DNA of 44,828 bases from Candidatus Azambacteria bacterium (GCA_030646675.1 JAUSKX010000006.1:1-44828); one strand, 5' to 3'; counted from the first letter of the stretch, positions 26,646 to 36,886 are shown. The notes: a model not told the origin generated them from the letters alone. Program-made: numbers and translations.

Positions 26646-26685
26646 AATTGCATGTTTATTTCCGATCGGATCTTAACATGCAATT
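26646..26685. repeat. 40-bp palindrome, right flank of the PaaX-like gene
   Basis: aattgcatgtttatttccgatcggatcttaacatgcaatt; 35/40 identical to the left copy. Confidence 0.85.
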
Positions 26686-26792
26686 GGATATATTGAACTA
26701 TGACAGATGTTTGACTTTTATAATCGGTATTGAGTAGGATAGGGATTAACGAAAATGGAGAGTTTTTTGAAAATACGATATAGGAGGGATTT

Positions 26793-26993
26793 ATGCCACC
26801 ACTTGATATTTTGAAAGCGGCACACAGATTTAATCAAATTCATGGCGACAAGAAAGACTATCGGCCGCCAGAAGTTCCAAAAAAGACCGGCATAAAAGTT
26901 TGCAGAGGGTGTGTCACATCGTATATCTTAAATGAAGTCACAGAATTGTTTTTGCACTGCACGAAATGCGGAGATATTTTAGAGGAACATTAA
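26793..26993 (+). CDS. Small Zn-ribbon hypothetical protein
   Basis: CRGC...CTKCG; SD AGGAGG; terminator at 27015-27045. Confidence 0.65.
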   Translation: MPPLDILKAAHRFNQIHGDKKDYRPPEVPKKTGIKVCRGCVTSYILNEVTELFLHCTKCGDILEEH

Positions 26994-27043
26994 TATATGC
27001 GCAAAAGAAAGCGCAAAAACTGCCAAGAAACTGGCAGTTTTTT

Positions 27044-29497
27044 TTATAACAACGTGGCGGAGACGACGTGGTCGCCGGGCTCGACGCGCATAATGCGGAC
27101 GCCTTGGGTAACGCGCGAAACCGTTGAGATGGAATCAAGCGAGACCCTGATGATTGTGCCTTTTTTGGAAATGGCGATTATTTCCGTTGCGTCCGGCTGG
27201 ACGGCGAACGCGGCTACAATCGCTCCTGTTTTGGCGGTGACTTTAGCGGTTTTAACGCCGGAGCCGCCGCGATTTTGTTTTTTATAAAACTTAAGCAATG
27301 TTTTTTTGCCGAAGCCATTTTCCATAATTACCAGCATTTTGGCGTTGGTGTCTTTGGCCAGCGCTCCGCTGATAACATCCATTCCGACAATTCTGTCATC
27401 TTTATGCAAGCGGATGCCGATGACGCCGGCGGTTGCCCGGCCGAGCGGTCGAGTGTCTTTTTCGGAAAATTTTATCGCCTGGCCTTTTGAAGTCACCATT
27501 ATCACTTGGTCATCTCCGGAAGATGCCTTTACCCACATAAGCGCGTCGCCTTTCTTTATCCTTATCGCGATAAGTCCCGAACGCCGCACCGAGCTGAAAT
27601 CGGCGATAGGAGTTTTCTTTATGAGGCCGTTTTGGGTTGCCATCACGAAATATTTCTCATAACCCTTTTCCTTAAGATTTTTTTCATTGTAAGTCAAAAT
27701 GGAGGCGATTTTTTCTTCCTGCGACAGCGCCAAAAAGTTGACGGCCGCTTTGCCGCGCGACTGCCTTGACGCTTCGGGAATTTCCCAAACCTTGGTCTGG
27801 AAAACCCGCCCGGCGCTGGTGAAAAACAGCGCGTTGTCATGCGTCTGACAAGACACAAAATGGGTGACGGCGTCTTCTTCTTTAGTGCTGACACCTGTCA
27901 TTCCCTTACCGCCCCGATGTTGCGCCTTAACAACTGTTGGATTCATTCTTTTTATATATCCGGAATCGGCCAATACAATCACAGCTTCTTCAAGCGGCAC
28001 CAGGTCTTCTTCCTTAAATTCGCCCAAGGCGCCGGCAACGACTTTTGTCCGTCTTTCGTCGCCGAATTTATTTTTGAGTCCTTGAAGTTCTTCGTGGATA
28101 ATTTCCAAAATCCGTTCGCGATTCTTCAAAATCATAGTCAGTTCTTTTATGAGCTTCTTCTTTTCCGCCAATTCATCCTCAATTTTCTTTCTTTCAAGGT
28201 TGGCCAGCGTCGCCAGTTTCATGTCCAAAATAGCGTTGGCTTGAATTTCGGAAAGTTTGAATTTCGTCATCAGGTTTTTACGCGCCGCGTCTCGGTCTTC
28301 GGATTTTTTGATTGTCTTTATAACCTCGTCAATATTATCAAGAGCTATTTTCAAGCCTTCCAATACGTGCGCTCTTTCCTCGGCTTTTAACAAGTCATAT
28401 TTAACGCGGCGGACAACAACTTCTTCGCGATGTTTCAGGAAATATTCCAAAACGGCTTTGAGCGACAAAACTTGCGGCTGAATGCCGTCAACCAGTGCCA
28501 GCATGTTTAAATGAAAAGTCCGCTGAAGGTCGGTGTGCTTGTAGAGATTATTTAAAATTTTCTGCGGGACGGCGTCGTTTTTCAGTTCAATGACAACTCG
28601 CATTCCTTCTTTGTCGGATTCGTCGCGCAGGTCGCGGATGCCGTCGATTTTTTTATCGGAAACCAGCTCGGCGATTTTTTCAAGCATTGCCGATTTATTA
28701 ACCTGGTAGGGGATTTCGTTGATTATGATTTGTAACCGTCCTTTTTTGTCCTCAACAATTTCGGCCTTGCCCCGAATAACGATGGGGCCGCGGCCGGTGG
28801 CATAGGCCGCGGCGATATCTTTTTTGGAATAAATTATTCCGCCGGTCGGAAAATCTGGACCTTTGACAAATTCCAGCAAATCCTCTGTTGAAGCTTTTGG
28901 ATGTTTTACCAGATATGAAGCGGCATCAACTATTTCGGTTAAATTATGCGGCGGGATATTTGTCGCCATTCCGACGGCGATGCCCATGGTGCCGTTCAAA
29001 AGCAATTGAGGAATAGCTGACGGCAGAACTTTCGGTTCTTGGCGCGTGGCATCATAGTTATCAATAAAATCAACGGTGTCTTTTTCAATATCTCTTAGAG
29101 CTTCTTCGGCCAGAGCGGTCAAGCGGGCTTCGGTGTACCTCATCGCCGCCGGCGAATCGCCGTCAACACTGCCGAAGTTTCCTTGCCCGTTAATCATCGG
29201 GTATCGCAGTGAAAAACTTTGCGCCATGCGCGCCAAGGCGTCATAAACCGAAATATCGCCGTGGGGATGATATTTTCCTAAAACTTCACCGACAACCAGC
29301 GCTGATTTGCGGAATTTTACCGAATGACCCAGCCCCAAGTCATGCATCGCGTATAAAATGCGGCGATGAACCGGTTTCAAACCGTCGCGGACATCGGGAA
29401 GGGCGCGCGAAACAATAACGGACATCGCGTAATCCAAATACGCTTCTTCCATTTCGCGGCAGATTTCTTTTGGTTTTACGTATCCTATTTCTGCCAT
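27044..29497 (-). CDS. gyrA: DNA gyrase subunit A
   Basis: [29 protein letters not shown], GyrA-box QHRGGKG. Confidence 0.97.
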   Translation of the reverse strand: MAEIGYVKPKEICREMEEAYLDYAMSVIVSRALPDVRDGLKPVHRRILYAMHDLGLGHSVKFRKSALVVGEVLGKYHPHGDISVYDALARMAQSFSLRYPMINGQGNFGSVDGDSPAAMRYTEARLTALAEEALRDIEKDTVDFIDNYDATRQEPKVLPSAIPQLLLNGTMGIAVGMATNIPPHNLTEIVDAASYLVKHPKASTEDLLEFVKGPDFPTGGIIYSKKDIAAAYATGRGPIVIRGKAEIVEDKKGRLQIIINEIPYQVNKSAMLEKIAELVSDKKIDGIRDLRDESDKEGMRVVIELKNDAVPQKILNNLYKHTDLQRTFHLNMLALVDGIQPQVLSLKAVLEYFLKHREEVVVRRVKYDLLKAEERAHVLEGLKIALDNIDEVIKTIKKSEDRDAARKNLMTKFKLSEIQANAILDMKLATLANLERKKIEDELAEKKKLIKELTMILKNRERILEIIHEELQGLKNKFGDERRTKVVAGALGEFKEEDLVPLEEAVIVLADSGYIKRMNPTVVKAQHRGGKGMTGVSTKEEDAVTHFVSCQTHDNALFFTSAGRVFQTKVWEIPEASRQSRGKAAVNFLALSQEEKIASILTYNEKNLKEKGYEKYFVMATQNGLIKKTPIADFSSVRRSGLIAIRIKKGDALMWVKASSGDDQVIMVTSKGQAIKFSEKDTRPLGRATAGVIGIRLHKDDRIVGMDVISGALAKDTNAKMLVIMENGFGKKTLLKFYKKQNRGGSGVKTAKVTAKTGAIVAAFAVQPDATEIIAISKKGTIIRVSLDSISTVSRVTQGVRIMRVEPGDHVVSATLL

Positions 29498-29727
29498 AAG
29501 TTTTGTATGGAATCGAACTGATTCTTAAATGTTTGCCACGCGCTCGGCACTTCTTTTGTCAAATTGGCCAGTCTTGCATCTTCTATAGGTTGCGAAGTTT
29601 GAAATGGGAAAGTGAACAGCCAAAAAAGAAAAATAACAAACATCATAAGAGAAATGCCTGTCCACATTATGGTTTTTTTGACCGGCTCGGGTTTATTTTG
29701 TAAATTTTTTATAAATTGAAAATTCAT
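29485..29727 (-). CDS. Small single-pass membrane protein
   Basis: One TM segment; overlaps the gyrA start. Confidence 0.65.
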   Translation of the reverse strand: MNFQFIKNLQNKPEPVKKTIMWTGISLMMFVIFLFWLFTFPFQTSQPIEDARLANLTKEVPSAWQTFKNQFDSIQNLWQK

Positions 29728-29759
29728 TGAAAATTGAAAATTGGAATTTGAAAATTATT

Positions 29760-30398
29760 TTATACTTTCTCCAATATTACTATCTTTATTTCTTCTTCAT
29801 TTATATCCTTCTTCTTTATAGTAAGCTTCGGCTGGGGAGGTTCTTTGGCTTCGCTTTCTTTCAGAAAAGCCGTAATCGGCGCTCTTTTAATCCTTGGTTC
29901 TTTTCCGCCAGGGGCGGATCCGCCTTTGGCGGAAACATCATAAAGCATCGGGATGGCGATTGACGGTTCAAGCTTGTTAATTAATTTCATCGCCGCTTCG
30001 GCATCGAGAACTTCATTATTGCCAACAGGAACCAAAATAATATCCGAATCGTCGAATATAGCTATTTTTTCATCATCCAGGTCGTTTTTTAAAAAGCCAA
30101 GATGAGATATTTTAACGCCGTCTATCTCTATATTATATAAATTGTTTTCGCCGTCGGCGACGCCCAAAACTCTGACTCCGCCGACCTCATATTCGCCGGG
30201 ACTGTCGATGACAAATGTGGCATCCGACGGCTGGCTCAACGCTCCGGCAATGTCGGCACGGGGACGCGAAAATATCAAAATATCGCTTTTTAAGCGAGGC
30301 GGATTGATTCCCGATTCTTTTTGAGGCGGTTCGATTAAAATTCTGACCCCGCTATTTTCCAGAAGAAAGCACGCTTCCCCGTACCAAGAAATAGTCAT
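29760..30398 (-). CDS. Metallo-beta-lactamase-fold protein with a degenerate metal site
   Basis: ISWYGEACF, SPGEYEVGGV, HLG, DIILVPVG, IPM; no HxHxDH. Confidence 0.75.
   Translation of the reverse strand: MTISWYGEACFLLENSGVRILIEPPQKESGINPPRLKSDILIFSRPRADIAGALSQPSDATFVIDSPGEYEVGGVRVLGVADGENNLYNIEIDGVKISHLGFLKNDLDDEKIAIFDDSDIILVPVGNNEVLDAEAAMKLINKLEPSIAIPMLYDVSAKGGSAPGGKEPRIKRAPITAFLKESEAKEPPQPKLTIKKKDINEEEIKIVILEKV
29904..29933. repeat. 30-bp palindrome inside the MBL-fold gene, in frame (SAKGGSAPGG)
   Basis: tccgccaggggcggatccgcctttggcgga. Confidence 0.75.
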
Positions 30399-30456
30399 AG
30401 TGATTTTGTGAGACAATTCTAGCAAATTTCAGTTATAATTTCAATAGATTGACCAG

Positions 30457-30500
30457 TTCGACAAGCTCATGGTCAATCCTGAGTCCGTCGAAGGATTGAC
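30457..30500. repeat. Short intergenic palindromic (MITE/REP-like) element
   Basis: ttcgacaagctca...tgagtccgtcgaa and gtcaatcct...aggattgac overlapping stems. Confidence 0.55.
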
Positions 30501-30540
30501 AAAAGTTTAATTTGTGATAATCTTGCCCAATATATTACTT

Positions 30541-31671
30541 ATGGAAGCCCAGGCGGAAATTTTGGCCAGAAATATAGGAATGCAAAACTTGGCGGCAAAA
30601 ATGCCGCGAAGTTTTAATTTGCCTAAAGTCGGCGATGTCGTTGAAGGGCGAGTGCTCAAAAAAAGCGCCCGCACTTTATATTTTGATTTGGGACTCTGGG
30701 GTGTCGGCATTGTTTATGGAATAGAATTTTCCAACGCCCAATCAATAATAAAAAATTTAAAAATCGGCGACACAGCTTTTGTAAAAATTTCGGAAATTGA
30801 AAACGATGGAGGCTTCAAAGAGCTTTCATTGGCCGAAGCTCAAAGCCAGAAATCCTGGGATTTGATAAGAGAATACAAACGAACCAATAAAGTTTTTGCC
30901 ACAAAAATTTTAAGCGTCAACCGCGGCGGCATGATGATTGAAATAAGCGGCGTGGCGGGATTTTTGCCCGTTTCCCAATTATCCGGCGAACATTATCCGC
31001 GGGTTGAAGGCGGCGATAAAAACAAAATTTTGGAAGAACTTTCAAAATTTGTCGGTCAGGATTTCAATGTCAGAGTTTTGGATTTTGATTCCAGGGAAAA
31101 TAAATTGATTGTTTCGGAAAAAGCGGCCGAAGAAGAACATTTGAAAAAGGCGCTAGGCAAGCACCAAATCGGCGATGTTGTCGCCGGCACGATTTCCGGC
31201 ATTGTTGACTGGGGAGCTTTCATAAAATGGCCCTCCGACGAAGAAACGCTTGAAGGGCTTATACATATTTCCGAACTTGACTGGCAATTGATAGAAAGCC
31301 CGGCTGATTTCGTGAAAGTTGGCGATAGCGTATCCGCAAAAATCATTGACATCGCCAATGACCGGATTTCTTTGTCGTTAAAACAACTAAAGCCCGACCC
31401 ATGGAAAATTGCCTCGGCTTTTCTTGAAAAAGGAATGCTCGTTGAGGGCTTTGTCAAAAAATATAATTCCTTTGGCACGTTTGTCGAGGTAGCCTATCCG
31501 TCGCCGGAGGGGGGTAAAAACGAAACGCTTCAGGGTCTTTGCCATATTTCCGAATTTGGTTCCGATGAAAAAATGAAAAACGCTTTGGGAGTCGGAAAAA
31601 AATACCAATTTAAAATTTTGGCCTTCGTTCCGGAAGACCATCGAATGAGTTTAGGACCATTGACCGGGTAG
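30541..31671 (+). CDS. rpsA: 30S ribosomal protein S1 (four S1 domains)
   Basis: S1 repeats (GFLPVSQL, EGLIHISEL, GLCHISE); start uncertain. Confidence 0.88.
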   Translation: MEAQAEILARNIGMQNLAAKMPRSFNLPKVGDVVEGRVLKKSARTLYFDLGLWGVGIVYGIEFSNAQSIIKNLKIGDTAFVKISEIENDGGFKELSLAEAQSQKSWDLIREYKRTNKVFATKILSVNRGGMMIEISGVAGFLPVSQLSGEHYPRVEGGDKNKILEELSKFVGQDFNVRVLDFDSRENKLIVSEKAAEEEHLKKALGKHQIGDVVAGTISGIVDWGAFIKWPSDEETLEGLIHISELDWQLIESPADFVKVGDSVSAKIIDIANDRISLSLKQLKPDPWKIASAFLEKGMLVEGFVKKYNSFGTFVEVAYPSPEGGKNETLQGLCHISEFGSDEKMKNALGVGKKYQFKILAFVPEDHRMSLGPLTG

Positions 31672-31766
31672 TGAAAATTCGACTTTTTAATTGCCGCCCT
31701 TGGCGGCGTTGCCAGGCAGTAGAGCTTTGCTTCACTGCCTGGCGTTGTCGAATTTCTACTACCCGG
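31664..31766. repeat. Inverted-repeat element, copy 3
   Basis: Arms ccgggtagtgaaaattcgac (31664-31683) and gtcgaatttctactacccgg (31747-31766), with internal hairpins. Confidence 0.8.
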
Positions 31767-31855
31767 TTGACAAACATCTAAACTTGTAGTATATTCTAAC
31801 CCAGTTAATAAGGGGTAATTTTTAGTCGTAACTTAACATTTTAATAAGAAAGGGG

Positions 31856-32488
31856 GTGAAAAAATTGGGAGAAAGGATTTGGAACAAGTTCCACCCGATT
31901 TTCGGACCCGATTTGAAAGTTGGGTTCGAAACCACGTTTCCGAAGGGGGCGGTTTTAGACCTGGACCCGCTTTACGAAAGGAGTGGTTTAGTCCACAAGC
32001 CGCCAAATGAAAAAACGGTGAGAGTCTACGAACCGGCGAGGATTTTCTGCTCCTGCTTAGACAGCAAGGCAACGAATGTTCTGTTTGTGTCAGTGTCGCA
32101 AAAGGGGTCTCTATTCCGCCGATTGGTATTTGCGCGGAAGATAGGAGATAATGGACTACCCCGCCGGTGGATGGTTGCCGCTCGTTTTGATGAGGTGACA
32201 CATTTTGGGTTCGACTCCTGGAATTCCAGGAATCAGCGCTATCTGGCGCTGGCGTATCCCGAACAGGAGGAATTTACGCCGGTATACGTGAAAATTCAGA
32301 ATGTCGGCACCGGCGGCTTCGTTTATCTCGAGCTTTGGGCTTATGACGACGGAGTCCAAGTTCTATTCACGGCGCGCCGCGTCAACGAGGATACGGTGCC
32401 GGAGCATTTGCTCTTGGCAACCCCGTGGGAAAAGCCACAAGAAAAAAAGCCTTTGACGGCAACTCTGGCAACAGCTTCAGTTAGATAA
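31856..32488 (+). CDS. Hypothetical protein
   Basis: 210-aa ORF after a TTGACA/TATTCT promoter-like sequence. Confidence 0.6.
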   Translation: MKKLGERIWNKFHPIFGPDLKVGFETTFPKGAVLDLDPLYERSGLVHKPPNEKTVRVYEPARIFCSCLDSKATNVLFVSVSQKGSLFRRLVFARKIGDNGLPRRWMVAARFDEVTHFGFDSWNSRNQRYLALAYPEQEEFTPVYVKIQNVGTGGFVYLELWAYDDGVQVLFTARRVNEDTVPEHLLLATPWEKPQEKKPLTATLATASVR

Positions 32489-32521
32489 ACAATTTTTTTC
32501 AAAAAATTTTGGAGGTGTAAA

Positions 32522-33547
32522 ATGTCTACAATACAGGAAGCGATGGAAAATCCAGGAAAGTTGAAGACAAAGAAACCCCCGGCGGTGAAAGTGATTGACA
32601 TCGTTGTCCCGTCAATCAAAAAGGTGAAACTGACCGCAAAGAAAGAGGACATTGACCAGACTGCGGCTGATATCCGCGGGTATTTGGCGGAGATTCCCAT
32701 CCACATGGCTGACCTTGTTGGCCGGATGCGCGAGATTCAGAGCGCAACCCTGGAGGAATGGCTCATCCGAACGGATGAATTTCGGAAGTTGGAGGATGAG
32801 GTTCTTTCACATCTCAACGCCGATGGAGGACCCCTGCTCACGGCGGCGCGGCAAGCGTATGCCCTGGCGATGGTGGAAACGTTGCTCGCCGACAAAAAGG
32901 CGGTGATAGAAACCATAAAAGGTGGGGGGAAGTCCCGCCTGCCGAGTCTCATCAAGGCGGGGATTCTCGAGCCGACCAAGGAGCCGAAGTACGACATCGT
33001 CGTGAAAGTGTACGGCGATTCGTACAAGGTCATCGGGGGCAGGGATTTCGCTCTGAAAATCGCGGAAACCTTGTCCGACAAGGCCAGCAAGGCAGCCAAA
33101 GCGGCCCACGACAAATACCACGACGCCGTTGCTGGGCTGAAAGCTCAGACAACCATAACGGTTGTCGAGCTTCTCGCCAGAAAGCCGGGCAAATTCTTCC
33201 TCGAAGTGCCGGATGTGAAAGACGAAGAGAAATTTCTACCCGGCGGAACCATTCTCGCCGAAAGCGATGGGAAGGCGATTCAGGTAGTAACGGCGGTAGG
33301 GCATTTCAGCAGGATTATGGAAGAAATAAAGAAAGCCGCCACATTTATTTCCATCGAGTCCTTGAGCCAGGAGCGTCTCAATCTTGTAAAGAGGCTTCCC
33401 GAGGACGCATTCCGCAGAATTCGCATTCTGCACGCGGTGCTTCGCCGGGGACTGGCCGCCGAATTCGCCAGCCAGAAGCCCACGGTTCTCGCTGTTCCCA
33501 AAAAGATTCTCGTAGCCGCGGACGTTCAGCCCGCGACCCTCCATTAG
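32522..33547 (+). CDS. Hypothetical protein
   Basis: 341-aa ORF, SD GGAGGTG, terminator at 33574-33605. Confidence 0.75.
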   Translation: MSTIQEAMENPGKLKTKKPPAVKVIDIVVPSIKKVKLTAKKEDIDQTAADIRGYLAEIPIHMADLVGRMREIQSATLEEWLIRTDEFRKLEDEVLSHLNADGGPLLTAARQAYALAMVETLLADKKAVIETIKGGGKSRLPSLIKAGILEPTKEPKYDIVVKVYGDSYKVIGGRDFALKIAETLSDKASKAAKAAHDKYHDAVAGLKAQTTITVVELLARKPGKFFLEVPDVKDEEKFLPGGTILAESDGKAIQVVTAVGHFSRIMEEIKKAATFISIESLSQERLNLVKRLPEDAFRRIRILHAVLRRGLAAEFASQKPTVLAVPKKILVAADVQPATLH

Positions 33548-33630
33548 TTAACTCCCAACCAAACCCCTAACAAGCCCCTGTCCGAATGGACAGGGGCATT
33601 TTTTTATGTTAAAGTCTTAAAACAATTATT

Positions 33631-35472
33631 ATGAAAATTGCCAAATTCAACTACAAAAAATTTATAAACCAAATTTTTATTGCCTTAGGCGCTCTGCTTT
33701 TAATCGTGTTTGTTTTTACCTACCTTAATTCGGCTTTTGAGAACCCGAAAACACTGACTCTTTCCGAATTGGTTTCTAAAATAAATAGCGGGGAAGTTTC
33801 AAAAATTGTCGTTAAAAACGATGATTTGGACGTAACACTGAAAGACACAAGCGTTTACATTGCCAAAAAAGAAATCGGGAGTTCTCTTTCGGGAACTTTG
33901 AAAAATTACGGCGTAGACAGCGCGAAATTAAACGCCGTCGATATGCGGATTGAACAGAATGTGGGGGTGATATTTTGGGTTGGTACTGTTCTCCCGATAA
34001 TCTTGCCTTTTCTTTTAATCGGACTTTTGGTCTGGTACATGATGCGGCAGGCGAACAGGGCGAACAGTTCGGCCTTTGGTTTCGGCAAGTCCCAGGCCAA
34101 GCTTTTCGGGCCGTTTGACGGCAAGAAAAAAATAATGTTTTCCGATGTTGCCGGCGCTCACGAAGCCAAGGAAGAACTTATCGAGGTGGTTGATTTTTTG
34201 AAAAATCCCAAAAAATTTTTGGACATTGGCGCCCGGATTCCGCGCGGCGTTTTACTCGTCGGGGCGCCCGGAACCGGTAAAACTCTTTTGGCGCGGGCAG
34301 TGGCCGGCGAGGCCAATGTGCCCTTCTTTTATATTTCCGGTTCGGAATTCGTTGAAATGTTTGTCGGCGTTGGCGCTTCAAGAGTCCGCGATTTATTCAA
34401 TATGGCGAAAAAATTCGCGCCTTCAATTATTTTTGTTGACGAGATTGACGCGGTAGGTAGGCAGAGGGGCGCGGGACTTGGCGGCGGCCATGACGAGCGT
34501 GAGCAAACACTGAATCAGATTTTGGTTGAAATGGATGGATTTGACCGCGAAACCAATGTAATTATTATTTCGGCCACTAACAGGCCCGATATTCTGGACC
34601 CCGCGCTTTTGAGGCCGGGGCGCTTTGACCGGCGAATAGCGCTTGATATTCCCGACATCAACGACCGCGAGGCGATTTTGAAAATTCACGCTATTGGCAA
34701 GCCGTTGGCGCCGGATATTGACTTGAGAAGAATTGCCGAAAGAACGCCGGGATTTTCCGGAGCCGATTTGGCCAATGTTATAAACGAAGGAGCGATCGCG
34801 ACCGCCCGGCAGAATAAAAAAATAGTCGACCAGGAAACTTTGTATCATTCGATTGAAAAAGTGCTTATGGGGCCGGAACGGAGAAGTCATATTTTCTCTC
34901 AAAAAGAAAAAGAAATCGCCTCATATCACGAAGCGGGCCATGCGCTGGTTGCCGGCGTCTTGCCCCATTCGGACCCGGTTCATAAAATTTCGGTGGTTGC
35001 TCGCGGCAGCGCGGGAGGTTATACACTGAAACTTCCTCTTGAAGACAAACATCTTTATTCCAAGAGCGAATTTTTGGCCGACTTAGCGGTTTTGATGGGT
35101 GGTTATGCCGCCGAGAAAATTGTTTTTAAAGAACTTACAACGGGTGCCGCGAGCGATCTTAAAAAAGCGACCGGCTTGGCAAGGCGCTTAGTAACCGAAT
35201 ACGGAATGTCGGAGAAATTCGGCCCCATTGCTTTGGGCGAAAAAGAGGAAATGGTGTTTTTGGGCCGCGACTTCGGGACCGAAAAAAATTATTCCGAATC
35301 GGTTGCCGAACTTATTGACAAGGAAATAAAAGAATTTATTTTCACCGCTTTTGAAACGGCGAAAAAAGTTATTTCCCAACGGCGGAAAAAACTTAAGGAA
35401 ATCGCCGAACGCCTGATTGAAAAAGAAACAATCGAACGCGATGAGTTTGAAAAAATAATGTTGGCAGTTTAA
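33631..35472 (+). CDS. ftsH: ATP-dependent zinc metalloprotease FtsH
   Basis: Two TMs, [12 protein letters not shown], second region of homology, HEAGH. Confidence 0.97.
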   Translation: MKIAKFNYKKFINQIFIALGALLLIVFVFTYLNSAFENPKTLTLSELVSKINSGEVSKIVVKNDDLDVTLKDTSVYIAKKEIGSSLSGTLKNYGVDSAKLNAVDMRIEQNVGVIFWVGTVLPIILPFLLIGLLVWYMMRQANRANSSAFGFGKSQAKLFGPFDGKKKIMFSDVAGAHEAKEELIEVVDFLKNPKKFLDIGARIPRGVLLVGAPGTGKTLLARAVAGEANVPFFYISGSEFVEMFVGVGASRVRDLFNMAKKFAPSIIFVDEIDAVGRQRGAGLGGGHDEREQTLNQILVEMDGFDRETNVIIISATNRPDILDPALLRPGRFDRRIALDIPDINDREAILKIHAIGKPLAPDIDLRRIAERTPGFSGADLANVINEGAIATARQNKKIVDQETLYHSIEKVLMGPERRSHIFSQKEKEIASYHEAGHALVAGVLPHSDPVHKISVVARGSAGGYTLKLPLEDKHLYSKSEFLADLAVLMGGYAAEKIVFKELTTGAASDLKKATGLARRLVTEYGMSEKFGPIALGEKEEMVFLGRDFGTEKNYSESVAELIDKEIKEFIFTAFETAKKVISQRRKKLKEIAERLIEKETIERDEFEKIMLAV

Positions 35473-35484
35473 CATTGTATTTAC

Positions 35485-35558
35485 GCGAGTGTAGCTCAAT
35501 TGGTTAGAGCATCGAGCTTATACCTCGGGGGTTCCAGGTTCGAGTCCTGGCACTCGCA
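35485..35558 (+). tRNA. tRNA-Ile(UAU)
   Basis: GCGAGTG/CACTCGC acceptor, anticodon loop CTTATAC, A73. Confidence 0.9.
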
Positions 35559-35563
35559 CAGGC

Positions 35564-35635
35564 GGGCGTTTAGCTCAGTGGTAGAGCGCTTCGTTGACAT
35601 CGAAGAGGCCAGAAGTCCGATCCTTCTAACGCCCA
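35564..35635 (+). tRNA. tRNA-Val(GAC)
   Basis: GGGCGTT acceptor, TTGACAT loop, T-loop TCCGATC. Confidence 0.93.
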
Positions 35636-35638
35636 CAT

Positions 35639-36349
35639 ATGAACATTCCGCTTGATATTGTTTATGAAGATGAAGACGTTGTTGTTTTGAACAAACAGGC
35701 GGGAATTTCTGTTCATCCCTCTATTAATGAACCGAGTGGAACTTTGGTTGACGCTTTATTGGCGCGCTATCCAGAGTTGAAAGGCGTAGGGGAAGACCCA
35801 ATCCGCCCCGGAATTGTCCATCGTTTGGATAAAGACACTTCGGGCCTTTTGGTTGTTGCCAAGAACCAGAAAGCTTTTGAATTTTTGAAGAAAGAATGGC
35901 AGAGCGGCCAAGTTATTAAAAAATATTTTGCATTGGTTTGGGGAGAACCGAAAGAAAGTGGCGAAATTATTTCCGAGCTGGCCAGGTCTCCGAAAGATTT
36001 CAGGAGAAGAATAGTTGTGAATCCGGGGAAAAATAGAGACAAAGAAATAACGGGCAAGCTGGCTATAACTGAATATAAGGTTGTGAAAAAATATAAGGAT
36101 TTTTCCCTGGTTGAAGTTAAACCGAAAACAGGCCGGATGCATCAAATAAGAGTTCACATGGCTTCAATCGGCCATCCCGTCGCCGGAGACAAAATTTATG
36201 GTGGAAAAGAAAAAAATCCGGAGGGTTTAGCCCGACAATTTCTTCACGCGTTCTATTTGAGTTTTAGTTTGCCCAATGGCAAAAAACTGGCGCTGGAGGC
36301 GGACTTACCCGAAGATTTGCGGGTATTCTTGACCAAGTTGGAGAAATAG
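35639..36349 (+). CDS. RluA/RluD-family pseudouridine synthase (no S4 domain)
   Basis: HRLDKDTSG, TGRMHQIRVH, FLHA. Confidence 0.92.
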   Translation: MNIPLDIVYEDEDVVVLNKQAGISVHPSINEPSGTLVDALLARYPELKGVGEDPIRPGIVHRLDKDTSGLLVVAKNQKAFEFLKKEWQSGQVIKKYFALVWGEPKESGEIISELARSPKDFRRRIVVNPGKNRDKEITGKLAITEYKVVKKYKDFSLVEVKPKTGRMHQIRVHMASIGHPVAGDKIYGGKEKNPEGLARQFLHAFYLSFSLPNGKKLALEADLPEDLRVFLTKLEK

Positions 36350-36373
36350 TGGCATAATGGGCAAGTTAAATTT

Positions 36374-36787
36374 ATGACCGACAAAATAAAACTATTTGAT
36401 AAGAAAAATTTGAAAAGTATGCCGGAGCTGAAAGCCGGTATGAAAGCGCGCGTCTGGCAGAAAATTAAAGAAGGCGATAAAGAACGCCTGCAGGCCTTTG
36501 AGGGTCTCATTATTGCCGTAAAGCACGGCCGGGGCAAAACGGGAACCTTTACCATGAGAAAAATTTCAAGCGGTATCGGTGTTGAAAGAGTTTTTCCTTT
36601 GCACGCGCCGACAATTGATAAAATTGAAATTTTGTCGCAGGCCAAAGTGCGCCGCGCAAAACTTTATTACTTAAGAGGTCGCATCGGCAAAAAAGCCAAA
36701 ATGAAACACGTGGAGCTCGCCGAGGCCGTTGCGCCCGTTGAAACGGCCGCGCCTGTTGTTGAGCCGGTAGAAGAAGTAGTAGAATAA
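36374..36787 (+). CDS. rplS: 50S ribosomal protein L19
   Basis: ERLQAFEG, GVERVFP, KVRRAKLYYLR. Confidence 0.97.
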   Translation: MTDKIKLFDKKNLKSMPELKAGMKARVWQKIKEGDKERLQAFEGLIIAVKHGRGKTGTFTMRKISSGIGVERVFPLHAPTIDKIEILSQAKVRRAKLYYLRGRIGKKAKMKHVELAEAVAPVETAAPVVEPVEEVVE

Positions 36788-36796
36788 AAACAGCGC

Positions 36797-36877
36797 GCGC
36801 GGGTGGCGAAATGGCAGACGCACTACCTTGAGGTGGTAGCGCCGCAAGGCATGCAGGTTCGACTCCTGTCCCGCGCA
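36797..36877 (+). tRNA. tRNA-Leu(GAG)
   Basis: GCGCGGG acceptor, TTGAGGT loop, variable arm. Confidence 0.94.
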
Positions 36878-36886
36878 CTAAAATAT

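Noticed and set aside
26000..26685. CRISPR locus (Cas2-like domain plus repeats)
   Set aside because: Only two repeats, separated by a whole gene; no spacer array or other cas genes.
29713..29757. AAAATTG heptamer run (similar runs near 22955 and 41515)
   Set aside because: Low-complexity AT-rich intergenic sequence with no supportable function.
36803..36886. Track-predicted N-termini of NusA (and of the sigma factor at 24428-24463)
   Set aside because: They run through tRNA genes.
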